Source: Gallionella sp. (GTDB lineage Bacteria; Pseudomonadota; Gammaproteobacteria; Burkholderiales; Gallionellaceae). Taken from it: DNA of 64,000 nt. Position 1 is the stretch's first letter. Each line of letters starts with the position of its first letter. Positions 10,293-21,158 of the stretch are shown piece by piece. Position numbers and translations under genes: made by a program. The stretch spans positions 41,624-105,623 of the forward strand of contig JAJDNO010000030.1 of the NCBI GenBank assembly GCA_022340615.1, given 5' to 3'. The notes beneath the pieces were generated by a model. The model was not told the DNA's origin, made no database searches, and saw nothing but the letters and a program-made list of their open reading frames with translations.

Positions 10293-11198
10293 ATGAGTGG
10301 TTTCAATTCCGCAGCGGTCAGGGAATATCTGACCGAACTGCAAGAGCTGATCGTCGACCGCATGGAGCAGGTCGACGGCAAAAAATTCCTGCGCGACAGC
10401 TGGGACCGGCCTGAAGGCGGCGGCGGCAAAAGCTGCATACTCGAGGAAGGCAACGTGCTGGAGCGCGGCGGCGTGGCGTTTTCACATGTCAAAGGCGAAA
10501 AGATGCCGCCCTCCGCAACCGCGCACCGTCCCGAGCTGGCGGGCCGCCGCTGGGAGGCAATGGGCGTGTCGCTGGTATTTCACCCGCGCAATCCCTATGC
10601 ACCGACGGTGCACATGAACGTGCGCATGTTCGTCGCGATGAAGGACGGGGCCGAGCCGGTGTTCTGGTTCGGCGGCGGCATGGACCTGACCCCGTATTAC
10701 GGTTTTGCGGAAGACGCGGTGCATTTCCACCAGGCCTGCAAGAATTCGCTTGCGCCATTCGGTGCGGAATTGCACCCCAAATACAAGAAATGGTGCGACG
10801 AGTATTTCTTCATCAAGCATCGCAATGAGCCGCGCGGCGTCGGCGGGATCTTTTTCGACGACCTGAGCGCGCCTGATTTCGACACCGCATTCGCAATCCA
10901 GCAAAGCGTGGGCGACCATTTCCTGTCCGCCTATGTGCCTGTGCTGGAGCGCCGCATGAACACCCCTTACACCGAACGCGAGCGGGATTTTCAGCTGTAC
11001 CGGCGCGGCCGCTACGTCGAGTTCAACCTGGTGATAGATCGAGGCACCATATTCGGGCTGCAGTCCAACGGGCGGACCGAATCCATCCTGCTGTCGATGC
11101 CGCCGCTGGTCAAATGGCGCTATGACTGGCAACCGGAAAAAGGCACGCCCGAGGCGGAACTATACGAAAAATTCCTTGTTCCAAAAGAATGGATCTGA
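10293..11198 (+). CDS. hemF: Oxygen-dependent coproporphyrinogen III oxidase
   Basis: [35 protein letters not shown]. Confidence 0.96.
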   Translation: MSGFNSAAVREYLTELQELIVDRMEQVDGKKFLRDSWDRPEGGGGKSCILEEGNVLERGGVAFSHVKGEKMPPSATAHRPELAGRRWEAMGVSLVFHPRNPYAPTVHMNVRMFVAMKDGAEPVFWFGGGMDLTPYYGFAEDAVHFHQACKNSLAPFGAELHPKYKKWCDEYFFIKHRNEPRGVGGIFFDDLSAPDFDTAFAIQQSVGDHFLSAYVPVLERRMNTPYTERERDFQLYRRGRYVEFNLVIDRGTIFGLQSNGRTESILLSMPPLVKWRYDWQPEKGTPEAELYEKFLVPKEWI

Positions 11199-11255
11199 TT
11201 CACAATCCGCGCCCGCTCGGTATTTGTGCAGATAAACTGAATTAATTCTAATACC

Positions 11256-11876
11256 ATGCAGCCAAAAGACCATTGGGAAAAAGTCTACGCCAACAAGGCA
11301 ACCAACGCGGTGAGCTGGTTCCAGCCACATGCCGACACCTCCGTCGGCCTGATCAAGGCCACCGGCGCTGCCCTTGACGCATCCATCATCGACGTGGGCG
11401 GCGGCGCTTCGACACTGGTCGACGACCTTCTGGCGCTGGGTTATACCAATCTGACAGTGCTGGACCTGTCCGCGGCGGCACTCGCTGCGGCGCGCCAGCG
11501 TCTGGGCAGCAAGGCATCCGGCGTGCACTGGATCGAAGCGGATATCACCCGGGCCAGCCTGCCCGACCGCGAATTCGATATCTGGCATGATCGCGCCGTG
11601 TTCCATTTCCTGACTTCGCCGGAAGAGCGTGCCGCCTATGTGCAGGCCGTATTTCGCGCCGTCAAGCCCGGCGGTCACGTCATCGTCGCCACCTTCGCCG
11701 AGGACGGCCCGAACCAGTGCAGCGGTTTGCCGGTCATGCGCTATCGCCCCGATGAATTGCATGCCGAATTCGGCGAGGCATTCACGCTGCTGAAACACGA
11801 GAAAGAAGCGCATCACACCCCGTCCGGCACCGTACAGCAATTTGTTTACTGCTATTGCCGCAGGATGGGCACCTGA
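11256..11876 (+). CDS. Class I SAM-dependent methyltransferase
   Basis: IIDVGGGASTLVD, WHDRAVFHFL. Confidence 0.88.
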   Translation: MQPKDHWEKVYANKATNAVSWFQPHADTSVGLIKATGAALDASIIDVGGGASTLVDDLLALGYTNLTVLDLSAAALAAARQRLGSKASGVHWIEADITRASLPDREFDIWHDRAVFHFLTSPEERAAYVQAVFRAVKPGGHVIVATFAEDGPNQCSGLPVMRYRPDELHAEFGEAFTLLKHEKEAHHTPSGTVQQFVYCYCRRMGT

Positions 11877-12033
11877 CCGAGGCCGGACCGGCCGGGCAAT
11901 CTGAACACAGATGCAGTCTGTGCATTGAATTTGTTCGTTCCTGCAACCGCCGGAAGCGGTTACGGTGGCAACGCTCATGGGGTAGACTTTGCGAAGTGCG
12001 TGCCTCGGTGCGAATATTCCCTGATTATTTTCG

Positions 12034-14385
12034 ATGCGATTGATACTTTATTTTCTGTTGCTTTTTCTGTTTCTGATCACGCCGCCCGCCCTGGCCGCCC
12101 AGTCCACCGGAGAGTCCCCGCGGCACGGCAAAACTGCCCCGGCCACTGCCGGTGATGCGGATTTCCTTGCCGCGCACGACGCCTATCTCGCCGGCGATAC
12201 GGTCAAGCTCGGACGCTTTGCGCAGCGCCTGAAAACCTCGCCGCTGGAAGTGTACGTCAGCTACTACCAGCTGAGCCTGGCCCTCAAGAAAATCGGCCAG
12301 AAACCAGTACCGAGTTCACTCGACAACGCGGTCAGGCGCTTCCTGTCGCGCCCGGAAGACACCCCGGTGATCGACCTGTTACGAGGTGAATGGCTCAAGG
12401 TGGTCGGCGAAAGACAGCAATGGGATGAATTCGATGCCGAATACCCGCACCTGCGCAACGGGGACAGCGAACTGGCCTGCTATGCACTGCAATCGCTTCG
12501 CCGCAACCAGGAAACGGAAGCGCTGCGCGGGGCGCGGAAATTATGGTTCATCGGCAAGGAGCTGCCGGACAGTTGCGATGTCCTGTTCAAGGCTGCGTTG
12601 TCCGCCGGAATCATCAGCAAGCAGGATATCGGCCGTCGGCTGCGCCTGGCCCTGGAGGCAAACAATGTGTCCTTCGCGATCCAGTTGTCCGCACAACTGG
12701 ATGAGCAGTACGCGGGTTTGCCAGCGATGCTCAGAAGCGCGGCCGCGGATCCGGACCGATACCTGAGAAAACTGACCTCTGGCAATTTCAGTTCAGCGAA
12801 CATGCCGGCTGCGCAAACGCCGATCAGCGCATCGACCGAAGCGTCTGCTGCAAACGACGAAGCAGAAACAACTGCTTCCGCGGTGGCTGCGGTATCCGCG
12901 GCCGATGCAACGTCTACCGCTCCACCACCGGAACTGTCTGGCTGGCGCAGCCTCTTGTCCCAACTTGGCTTCGGCAGCGCTTCGAGTGCCGAATCAGCAG
13001 ATGCGGATGCCGCATCGGCGGCGTCCTCTGCCGGTAGTTGCGATGGTCCCTGCGCCGCTATCTACGACGACGTTACCATTCCGGTGATGGGATGGAATGC
13101 CCGATTGGCCAGCAAGGGCCAGCGCGTTGCGGCGATATTTGCCGTTGAACGGCTGGCCAAGCAATCCTCTGATCTGGCTGCAGCGCACTGGACGAAGATC
13201 GCGGGATATTTCCCGCCAGCGGAGCAGCATTATTGCTATGGCCGCCTTGCCTACCAGGCGGCACGCAACCTGGATGAACGTGCGCTGCAATGGTACAGCG
13301 ACGCGTCGGACATGCCGCTCAACGAAAAACAGTCTGCATGGCGTGTCCGCGCCGCGTTGCGCGCGCATGACTGGCCCGTTGTGCTGGCAAGCGTGAACGC
13401 GATGAGCGAAGATCAGCAGCAGGAATCCGCGTGGCTGTACTGGAAAGCACGCGCGCTGGAAGCGCTGGGCAAAACGGTCGAAGCGAGGAAAATTTTCGCG
13501 CCGCTTAGCGAGGAATTCAGCTTTTACGGTCTGCTTGCAGGCGATGAGCTGTCCGGTACTCCAGTGCTAAGCCAGGCCGACCCGGTCTACAAACCTGACA
13601 GCCAGGCCATTGCCGCAGTTTCCGCGATGCCGGGTGTGCAGCGCACGCTGATCCTTTACCGCATCGGCATGCGCAGCGATGCGCTGGAGGAATGGCGCTG
13701 GGTGGTGAACAACCTGACTGACCGGCAACTGCTGACCGCGGCAGAAATCGCGCGGCGCAACAAGATGTACGACCGTGCGATCGGCGCGGCGGACTTGACC
13801 GTATCCGAGCACGATTTCAGCATGCGCTACCCTGCCCCTTACCGGGCCGACCTACAGGTACATCTTCGCAAACACGGTCTCGATGAGGCCTGGGTATATG
13901 GGCTGATGCGCCAGGAAAGCCGTTTTGCGACCAGCGCCAAATCCGAAACCGGGGCAGCGGGATTGATGCAGATCATGCCGAGCACAGCGCGCTGGGTCGC
14001 AAGAAAACTCGGACTGAAGAGTTATCGAAAAGCGCTGATCCACCAGCTCGACACCAATTTTAGGATCGGAACCTATTACATGAAATCGGTGCTGTCCCGC
14101 TCCGAAAACAACCCGGTGCTGGCTTCGGCGGCATACAATGCCGGACCGATGCGGGCGTTGCAGTGGCGGGGCGACAAACCGCTCGAAGGTGCAATCTATG
14201 CCGAAACCATCCCATACCAGGAAACCCGGGACTATGTGGAAAAGGTGATGAGCAATACCGCCTTTTACGCCGATCAGTTCGGCGACCCGCCGCACTCGCT
14301 CAAGAAGCGCCTTGGCATCGTGCCGGGCAAATCCTCGGATAATCCGACTGCGGACAACCGCCAGACCAGCGCCAATGGCAACTGA
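12034..14385 (+). CDS. slt: Soluble lytic transglycosylase Slt70-like, with internal low-complexity insertion
   Basis: Signal peptide; C-terminal MRQESRF, GAAGLMQIMP, AAYNAGP, ETRDYV. Confidence 0.9.
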   Translation: MRLILYFLLLFLFLITPPALAAQSTGESPRHGKTAPATAGDADFLAAHDAYLAGDTVKLGRFAQRLKTSPLEVYVSYYQLSLALKKIGQKPVPSSLDNAVRRFLSRPEDTPVIDLLRGEWLKVVGERQQWDEFDAEYPHLRNGDSELACYALQSLRRNQETEALRGARKLWFIGKELPDSCDVLFKAALSAGIISKQDIGRRLRLALEANNVSFAIQLSAQLDEQYAGLPAMLRSAAADPDRYLRKLTSGNFSSANMPAAQTPISASTEASAANDEAETTASAVAAVSAADATSTAPPPELSGWRSLLSQLGFGSASSAESADADAASAASSAGSCDGPCAAIYDDVTIPVMGWNARLASKGQRVAAIFAVERLAKQSSDLAAAHWTKIAGYFPPAEQHYCYGRLAYQAARNLDERALQWYSDASDMPLNEKQSAWRVRAALRAHDWPVVLASVNAMSEDQQQESAWLYWKARALEALGKTVEARKIFAPLSEEFSFYGLLAGDELSGTPVLSQADPVYKPDSQAIAAVSAMPGVQRTLILYRIGMRSDALEEWRWVVNNLTDRQLLTAAEIARRNKMYDRAIGAADLTVSEHDFSMRYPAPYRADLQVHLRKHGLDEAWVYGLMRQESRFATSAKSETGAAGLMQIMPSTARWVARKLGLKSYRKALIHQLDTNFRIGTYYMKSVLSRSENNPVLASAAYNAGPMRALQWRGDKPLEGAIYAETIPYQETRDYVEKVMSNTAFYADQFGDPPHSLKKRLGIVPGKSSDNPTADNRQTSANGN

Positions 14386-15628
14386 AGCAAAAATCTATTG
14401 TGTGGGCGGCGCGGTGCGCGACCGATTGCTGGGGCTGCCCGTCCAGGACCGCGACTGGGTCGTGGTGGGCAGCACTCCGGAACGAATGGTCGCGCAGGGA
14501 TTCCAGCCGGTCGGCAAGGATTTCCCTGTGTTCCTGCACCCTGAGACGCACGAGGAATATGCGCTGGCGCGAACCGAGCGCAAAACCGCGCGCGGCTATC
14601 AGGGATTTGCCGTTCATGCCGCGCCGGATGTCACGCTGGAACAGGACCTGATGCGCCGCGATTTCACGATCAACGCGATCGCCCAGGAATTTGATGACAA
14701 GCACGGCGACGGCAAACTGATCGATCCCTATAACGGCGTTGCCGACTTGCGCGCGGGCATATTGCGCCATGTCAGCGCGGCATTCGGCGAAGACCCGGTG
14801 CGCATCCTGCGCGCGGCGCGTTTTGCGGCGCGCTTCGGCTTCGTCATCGCGCCCGAAACGCTGCAGCTGATGCGCGGCATGGTGGACAACGGCGAAGTCG
14901 ACGCGCTGGTCGCGGAGCGCGTCTGGCAGGAACTTTCGCGCGGCCTGATGGAGAAAACCCCGTCGCGCTTTTTCGAGACACTGCGCAGCTGCGGCGCGCT
15001 GGCAAGAATCATCCCCGAGGTCGATGCGCTGTTCGGTGTGCCGCAACCGGAAAAATACCATCCCGAAATCGATTGCGGCGTGCACACCATGCTGGTGGTG
15101 GATGATGCGGCACGTCACGGCTACACGCTGGAAACGCGCTACGCCGCGCTGACACATGATCTGGGCAAGGCGACCACACCTGCAGATTTATTGCCGCGCC
15201 ATACCGGACACGAATTGCGCAGTGTGGAACTGGTCCGGCAGCTCTCGCAGCGCCTGCGCGCATCGGGCGAATGCCGCGACCTGGCCCTGCTGGCCGCGCG
15301 TTATCACGGCGACATTCATCGCGCCAATGAACTGCGCGCCGATACCATCATCAGGCTGTTCCAGTCGACGGACGCATGGCGCAGGCCGGAACGCTTCGCA
15401 CAGCTGCTGCAAGCCTGTGCCTCGGATGCGCGCGGCCGCACCGGCCACGAAAATGATGCCTATCCGCAGGAAGAATATCTGCTGCAGCTGTTAAGCGTCG
15501 CGCGTGCGGTGGACGCGGGTGAAATCGCAAGGCAATGCCAGGACACGGGAGCCATCGCCGATGCGGTGCAGCGGGCGCGCACCGATGCGATAACCGGACT
15601 GGTCGAGCAACAGCGCAACTCAGCCTGA
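14375..15628 (+). CDS. cca: Multifunctional CCA tRNA nucleotidyltransferase with HD domain
   Basis: VGGAVRD, DRDWVVVG, DLMRRDFTINA, EDPVRILR, ALTHDLGK. Confidence 0.94.
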   Translation: MATEAKIYCVGGAVRDRLLGLPVQDRDWVVVGSTPERMVAQGFQPVGKDFPVFLHPETHEEYALARTERKTARGYQGFAVHAAPDVTLEQDLMRRDFTINAIAQEFDDKHGDGKLIDPYNGVADLRAGILRHVSAAFGEDPVRILRAARFAARFGFVIAPETLQLMRGMVDNGEVDALVAERVWQELSRGLMEKTPSRFFETLRSCGALARIIPEVDALFGVPQPEKYHPEIDCGVHTMLVVDDAARHGYTLETRYAALTHDLGKATTPADLLPRHTGHELRSVELVRQLSQRLRASGECRDLALLAARYHGDIHRANELRADTIIRLFQSTDAWRRPERFAQLLQACASDARGRTGHENDAYPQEEYLLQLLSVARAVDAGEIARQCQDTGAIADAVQRARTDAITGLVEQQRNSA

Positions 15629-15636
15629 CGCCTGGC

Positions 15637-16809
15637 TTACAGCAGGCGCGTCAGATCACCGTTGGCGAATCCGGATAGCGGGTTCGTCATTTTCTTCCCC
15701 AGCGCGATCACCTTGAACAGCTCGCCCATCTCGGCCGGGCTGGTGAGTTTCTGCAGCTGCGCCGAAAGCGGCAGGTAATCGCGCAGGTTTTCCGGCGAGG
15801 TCTCGCCGATCAGATCGGTGATGCCGCAGTTGATCAGGAATAACGCCTGCGAGGTGTAGCCGAGCAGTTCCAGGCCCGCATCGATACCGCATTCCGCGAT
15901 ATCGGTGAAGTTCACGTGTGCGGTGATGTCCTGCAGGCCGGGCAGGAAGAACGGGTTGTCGTGCGCATGATGGCGGTAGTGGCACATCAGCGTGCCGCTG
16001 CGGCGCTGCGGGTGGTAATACTCTCGCGCGCCGAAACCATAGTCGACAAACAGCATCGCACCCTGCTCCAGGCTTTGCGCAAGGCTGTTGACCAGCCCGC
16101 GCGCAGCGAGGCATATTTCGCTGATGTAATCATCCGGCACGGCAATCTGCTGGGCGGCATGAAGCAATTCCGGATCGATGGTTGCGCGCTCCTGCCAGAT
16201 GAAACCGTCCGCATCGGCAGCAACGCCGCGCTCGGTGATCGCGCTGTCGCGCCAGTGCAGCAGATGCACCGGCAGCGCATCGAGCACTTCATTCGCAACG
16301 ATCGCACCGCTGAATCGTTCCGGCAACGCATCCAGCCAGCATAACCGGTCCAGCAGATGCGGCAGACGTTCGCGTACCAGGTCCTGCTGGCGCGCGCGCA
16401 AGTCTGCGCTGACCTCGAGGATCGCATAGCTGTCCGGAAGACGTTCCAGTCGTTCCAGCTCTGCGAGCAAATCAACCGCCAGTTTGCCGCTGCCTGCGCC
16501 CAGTTCCAGGATATGCGGCGCGCTTTCCGCGGTGATCTCGGCAACCTGCCGCGCCAGCGTCCGCCCGAACAGCGGCGAGAGTTCCGGCCCGGTGATGAAA
16601 TCGCCCGCGTCGCCGAACTTGTGTGCGCCGGCCGCGTAATAGCCGAGTCCCGGCGCATATAGCGCCAGATCCATGAAACGCGAGAACGGAATCCATCCGC
16701 CCCTGGTTTCGCGATCGTAATGGGCAGCGATGTCGCGCCGGATCGTTTCTGCCAAGGTTATGCTGTGCCGCGCGGCTGCAGCGGTGGGCTCGGGTAAAGT
16801 AGCGGGCAT
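15637..16809 (-). CDS. SAM-dependent methyltransferase, MidA/NDUFAF7 family
   Basis: FMDLALYAPGLGYY, GDFITGPE, ELGAGSG, DYG, DITAHVNF. Confidence 0.88.
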   Translation of the reverse strand: MPATLPEPTAAAARHSITLAETIRRDIAAHYDRETRGGWIPFSRFMDLALYAPGLGYYAAGAHKFGDAGDFITGPELSPLFGRTLARQVAEITAESAPHILELGAGSGKLAVDLLAELERLERLPDSYAILEVSADLRARQQDLVRERLPHLLDRLCWLDALPERFSGAIVANEVLDALPVHLLHWRDSAITERGVAADADGFIWQERATIDPELLHAAQQIAVPDDYISEICLAARGLVNSLAQSLEQGAMLFVDYGFGAREYYHPQRRSGTLMCHYRHHAHDNPFFLPGLQDITAHVNFTDIAECGIDAGLELLGYTSQALFLINCGITDLIGETSPENLRDYLPLSAQLQKLTSPAEMGELFKVIALGKKMTNPLSGFANGDLTRLL

Positions 16810-16876
16810 GGTCAGGTATAATTCCCGTAACGGCGGGATGTAACGGTATATGCTGGTTTAAAGGAGCACGAGTCTA

Positions 16877-17629
16877 ATGGAACAGGGCATGCAGGGCAAA
16901 GTGGTATTGGTGACGGGAGGCGCAAAACGCGTCGGCGCGGCGATCTGCCGGCGCCTGCACGCGGCCGGCGCACAGGTCGCCATACACTACCGCAGCTCAA
17001 GACAGGAGGCGCTGGCTTTGCAGGACGAACTGAATGCGCTACGCCCGGACAGCGCGGCGGTGTTCAAGGCCGATCTGCTCGAGCTGCAAGCGTTGCCGGA
17101 AATGTTCCAGGAAGTCTTGCTGAAATTCCGGCAGCTCGACGCGCTGGTCAACAATGCGTCCAGCTTTTACGCGACACCGCTGGAGGATATCGACGAGCGG
17201 CAATGGCAAGACCTGCTCGGCACCAACCTGAAAGCCCCGCTGTTTCTGGCCCAGGCTGCAGCGGCCGAACTGCGCCGCCACCGTGGCTGCATCGTGAACA
17301 TCGCCGATATCCACGCGGAACGCCCCATGCACGGCCATCTGCTGTACAGCACCGCGAAGGCCGGCCTGGTCGCGCTGACCAAAGCGCTGGCGCAGGAGAT
17401 GGCGCCGCATGTGCGCGTCAACGCAGTTGCCCCGGGCGTCATCGTGTGGCCGGAAACCGAGGTGTGGATGGACGAGGAAGAACGCCGCAAGATCATCGCG
17501 CATACCCTGCTCAAGCGCGAGGGCGAACCGGATGACATCGCCCGAACCGTCGCCTTCCTGATCCAGGACGCGCCGTACATCACCGGGCAGATAATTTCCG
17601 TTGACGGCGGACGCAGCGTCAACCTGTGA
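16877..17629 (+). CDS. Pteridine reductase (FolM-like SDR)
   Basis: VTGGAKRVG, LVNNASSF, YSTAKAGL, VRVNAVAPG. Confidence 0.85.
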   Translation: MEQGMQGKVVLVTGGAKRVGAAICRRLHAAGAQVAIHYRSSRQEALALQDELNALRPDSAAVFKADLLELQALPEMFQEVLLKFRQLDALVNNASSFYATPLEDIDERQWQDLLGTNLKAPLFLAQAAAAELRRHRGCIVNIADIHAERPMHGHLLYSTAKAGLVALTKALAQEMAPHVRVNAVAPGVIVWPETEVWMDEEERRKIIAHTLLKREGEPDDIARTVAFLIQDAPYITGQIISVDGGRSVNL

Positions 17630-17648
17630 ATAGTCTCCCTCTTTCCTG

Positions 17649-18509
17649 ATGAATATGAACGACCTGACCCAGCCCATACATTTCGAACGCCACTCGACCA
17701 ACTTCAACCGCCTCAAGGGCCGGCTGGAGCACATGGTCGGGCAGGCAATCGCCGATTTCAACATGATAGAGGAAGGCGACAGCGTGATGGTGTGTCTGTC
17801 CGGCGGGAAGGATTCCTACACGCTGCTCGACATACTGCTCACACTGCGCAAGCGCGCGCCGATCGACTTCCGCATCGTTGCCATGAATCTCGACCAGAAG
17901 CAGCCCGGCTTCCCGGCCGATGTGCTGCCGGCTTACCTGAAAAAGCTCGGTGTCGAATACCACATCGAAACGCAGGACACCTATTCCATCGTGAAGCAGA
18001 AAATACCCGAGGGCAAGACCACCTGCTCGCTTTGCTCGCGGCTGCGGCGCGGCATCATCTACCGCGTGGCGGGCGAACTCGGCGCAAACAAGATCGCGCT
18101 GGGACATCACCGCGACGACATGATCGAAACGCTGTTCCTGAACCTGTTTTTCGGCGGCAAGCTCAAGGCGATGCCGCCCAAGCTGCTCACCGACAGGGGC
18201 GACCACATCGTGATCCGGCCGCTGGCCTACTGCCCGGAGAAGGACATCGCGCGCTATGCGCGCGGCATGGAATTCCCGATCATCCCGTGCAACCTGTGCG
18301 GCGCGCAGGAAAACCTGCAGCGCCAGAACATCAAGGAAATGCTCGCCGCATGGGAGCGCGAATATCCGGGCCGCAGCCAGACCATCTTTACCGCCATGCA
18401 GAGCATCGCGCCGTCGCATCTGCTGGATGGCGATCTGTTCGATTTCATGAATATCCAGCCGGGCGACAAACTGGCGGAAGGCGATACCGCATTTGACCCC
18501 GGTCTGTAA
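17649..18509 (+). CDS. ttcA: tRNA 2-thiocytidine synthetase
   Basis: SGGKDS PP-loop, [15 protein letters not shown]. Confidence 0.94.
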   Translation: MNMNDLTQPIHFERHSTNFNRLKGRLEHMVGQAIADFNMIEEGDSVMVCLSGGKDSYTLLDILLTLRKRAPIDFRIVAMNLDQKQPGFPADVLPAYLKKLGVEYHIETQDTYSIVKQKIPEGKTTCSLCSRLRRGIIYRVAGELGANKIALGHHRDDMIETLFLNLFFGGKLKAMPPKLLTDRGDHIVIRPLAYCPEKDIARYARGMEFPIIPCNLCGAQENLQRQNIKEMLAAWEREYPGRSQTIFTAMQSIAPSHLLDGDLFDFMNIQPGDKLAEGDTAFDPGL

Positions 18510-18754
18510 TCGTTGAAAACCGCTGCCTGACGGAACCAGTCGGACGAAATCCGGTCTCTCGCTCAGCCTGTCCGCGCCCCATCACAGAAGATTTCCGGCC
18601 TGTTTTGGGTGTGAAATCCCTGTAATATGCTTGCCGGTACCAGATACAGGATTTATTTCAGGGGCAGCGCACAGTTTTCGTTTTTAGTTCCGGTTCAGTT
18701 CAATATAAAATGTACCGACCAACCCAGCATCGATTACCCTAAAGGAGTGAAGTT

Positions 18755-19351
18755 ATGTCATTGCGCCGTATTGTTCCCGCCAGTCTATTCGCCATCGGCA
18801 TCATGGCAACCTGCAGTACCTCGGCCCTTGCGGACACTGTCGACATCAACCTGCGTGATACCAGCGCTCAGTTCCAGTACATTTCCTCGCTGGGTCGCGA
18901 TCCGCTCGGCAAAACCAAATTCCATGTCGGCGTCCTTTACCACAATCGCAACAACATGCTGGGCGATTTCGGCCTGGTTGTGCAGGATGAACTGGGCGAC
19001 AATGCACCCGGATTTTCCGTAGGGGTCGGGATCAAGGGTTTGGTCGCCAAGGTAGCCGGCGACACCCGCATCGTAAGCAGAACTTCCGCGATGGCGCTTG
19101 GCGGGCTGGTGCGCTATTCTCCTCCTGAGGCTCAGCGCTTCGGCGTAGTCGGGGAAATATACATGTCTCCCAACATCGTCACGTTTGGCGATGCAAACCG
19201 ATATGTTCAGTCCAATGTCCGCGCGGAATACGAAGTCATCCCGCAGGCGGTTGCGTATCTCGGTTACCGGAGAATCGAATTCGGCATCAACAACCGGCCC
19301 AACGAAATCCTCGACGAGGGTGTCTTTCTGGGCGTAAGGATCTCGTTCTAG
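18755..19351 (+). CDS. YfaZ-family outer membrane beta-barrel protein
   Basis: Signal peptide, beta-strand pattern, YLGYRRI, C-terminal Phe. Confidence 0.7.
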   Translation: MSLRRIVPASLFAIGIMATCSTSALADTVDINLRDTSAQFQYISSLGRDPLGKTKFHVGVLYHNRNNMLGDFGLVVQDELGDNAPGFSVGVGIKGLVAKVAGDTRIVSRTSAMALGGLVRYSPPEAQRFGVVGEIYMSPNIVTFGDANRYVQSNVRAEYEVIPQAVAYLGYRRIEFGINNRPNEILDEGVFLGVRISF

Positions 19352-19363
19352 GCGGCAAGCCTG

Positions 19364-19819
19364 CTAACCGGCTCCGACCGCGATTTTGAAAACCGCCTTG
19401 CGTATAAAGCCGTTGCTGACCAGCGGCGCATGCGCATCCTCGGGGAAGAATATGCAGAAATGACCCGGCGGCGTGGCGATCCATGCCGCGGGTTTATCAT
19501 CGAAGAACCGGATGTCCTTCCCGGCGTCGTAATCATCCGCCGGATAGCGGCAATCGGGCAGTGATTTCCAGCCCATCTCGTCCACACCTTCCAGCACATA
19601 CTGAATATCGATGTAACGGCGGTGGCATTCCAGTTTTGCCTCGGCCCGGGTCCGCCCTTCCTCATGTTCGACGATAGCGAACAGATTGTCGCCTTCGATG
19701 TCGTGGTGCCCCGGTGCAAGTGCGCGCAAATCAGTATGGCGGATAAATTCGAATGCGCGAAAGAACAGCGGATGCAATTTGCTGTAGCGGCCCGCGTTGG
19801 CGAGGTTGGAAAATATCAT
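19364..19819 (-). CDS. YhcH/YjgK/YiaL (NanQ-like) family protein
   Basis: ECHRRYIDIQY, IFFPEDAHAP; start at MIFSNL. Confidence 0.88.
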   Translation of the reverse strand: MIFSNLANAGRYSKLHPLFFRAFEFIRHTDLRALAPGHHDIEGDNLFAIVEHEEGRTRAEAKLECHRRYIDIQYVLEGVDEMGWKSLPDCRYPADDYDAGKDIRFFDDKPAAWIATPPGHFCIFFPEDAHAPLVSNGFIRKAVFKIAVGAG

Positions 19820-19820
19820 G

Positions 19821-21158
19821 TCAGAGAAATCTCGCCACCATGCCTTTGGCGAACTCGCCCTGCAAGGGTATGCGCACGTAGTGCCCGCTGCCCGGCGCAA
19901 CGTCCATTGCAGCGCCATCGGGGCCGTGCATCTCGGCGAGTTCGACGATACGGTTTCCGGATGGATGGATGATTTCCAGCCTGTCGCCAACCGAAAACCG
20001 GTTCTTCACTTCGATCTCGGCGAATCCGTTCGCGCAGGCCACGATGTCGCCGACATATTGCTGGCGCGTGCTCTCTGAATGGCCGCGCAGGTAATTCTGC
20101 TGTTCGTGGGTATGATGGCGTTCGTAGAAACCGTCGGTGTAGCCGCGGTTCGCGAGCGCATCCAGCGCGCCGAGCAGTGAATAATCGAACGGCCGGCCCG
20201 CAACCGCATCGTCAATCGCCTGGCGGTAAACCTGGGCAGTGCGCGCGACATAGTAGACCGACTTGGTGCGGCCCTCGACCTTCAGCGAGTCGATGCCGAT
20301 TCTGACCAGCCGCTCGACATGCTCGACCGCGCGCAGGTCCCTGGAATTCATGATGTAGGTGCCATGCTCGTCTTCCAGCACCGGCATCAGTTCACCGGGA
20401 TGATCCTGGCGCGAGATCAGGTAGGCGCGGTCGGCCAGCGGATGGCGCGGTTGAGAACCGCAATCGGAGAGCGCGCTCCGGCCCAGCGCCTTGTCGAAAT
20501 CGAAATCGATTCTTTGTATGTCGCCGGTGCCGTTCTCTTCGGCATTTTCCACCTTGTAATCCCAGCGGCAGGAATTGGTGCAGGTGCCCTGATTCGCGTC
20601 GCGGTGGTTGAAGTAACCGGACAGCAGGCAGCGCCCGGAATAGGCGATGCACAGCGCGCCGTGCACGAACACTTCCAGTTCCATGTCGGGGCACTGCTGG
20701 CGTATCTCCTCGATCTCGTCGAGCGACAGTTCGCGCGACAGGATCACGCGCGTCAATCCCAGCGATTGCCAGAATTTCACCGCCGCATAATTCACGGTGT
20801 TGGCCTGCACCGAGAGATGGATCTCCTGCTCCGGCCAGCGCTCGCGCACCATCGCGATCAAACCGGGATCGGCCATGATCAGCGAATCCGGCTGCATCGC
20901 GATGACCGGCTCCATATCGGCCATGTAGGTCTTCACCTTGGCGTTGTGCGGCATCAGGTTGCTCGCGACGAACAGTTTCTTGCCCAGCGCATGCGCTTCG
21001 GCAATTCCGGTCTGCAATTCTTCCAGCTGGAATTCATTGTTGCGCGCGCGCAAGGAATATCGCGGCTGACCGGCATACACCGCGTCTGCGCCGAACGCAT
21101 ATGCGGTGCGCATTTTTTCCAGCGTTCCCGCCGGCAGCAACAATTCCGGCGCGCGCAT
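19821..21158 (-). CDS. trhP: U32-family tRNA 5-hydroxyuridine modification protein (YegQ/TrhP)
   Basis: PELLLPAG, ADAVYAG, HLSVQAN, VHGALCIAYSGRCLLS, GTCTNSCRW, LKVEGRTK; ATG overlaps metF stop. Confidence 0.85.
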   Translation of the reverse strand: MRAPELLLPAGTLEKMRTAYAFGADAVYAGQPRYSLRARNNEFQLEELQTGIAEAHALGKKLFVASNLMPHNAKVKTYMADMEPVIAMQPDSLIMADPGLIAMVRERWPEQEIHLSVQANTVNYAAVKFWQSLGLTRVILSRELSLDEIEEIRQQCPDMELEVFVHGALCIAYSGRCLLSGYFNHRDANQGTCTNSCRWDYKVENAEENGTGDIQRIDFDFDKALGRSALSDCGSQPRHPLADRAYLISRQDHPGELMPVLEDEHGTYIMNSRDLRAVEHVERLVRIGIDSLKVEGRTKSVYYVARTAQVYRQAIDDAVAGRPFDYSLLGALDALANRGYTDGFYERHHTHEQQNYLRGHSESTRQQYVGDIVACANGFAEIEVKNRFSVGDRLEIIHPSGNRIVELAEMHGPDGAAMDVAPGSGHYVRIPLQGEFAKGMVARFL

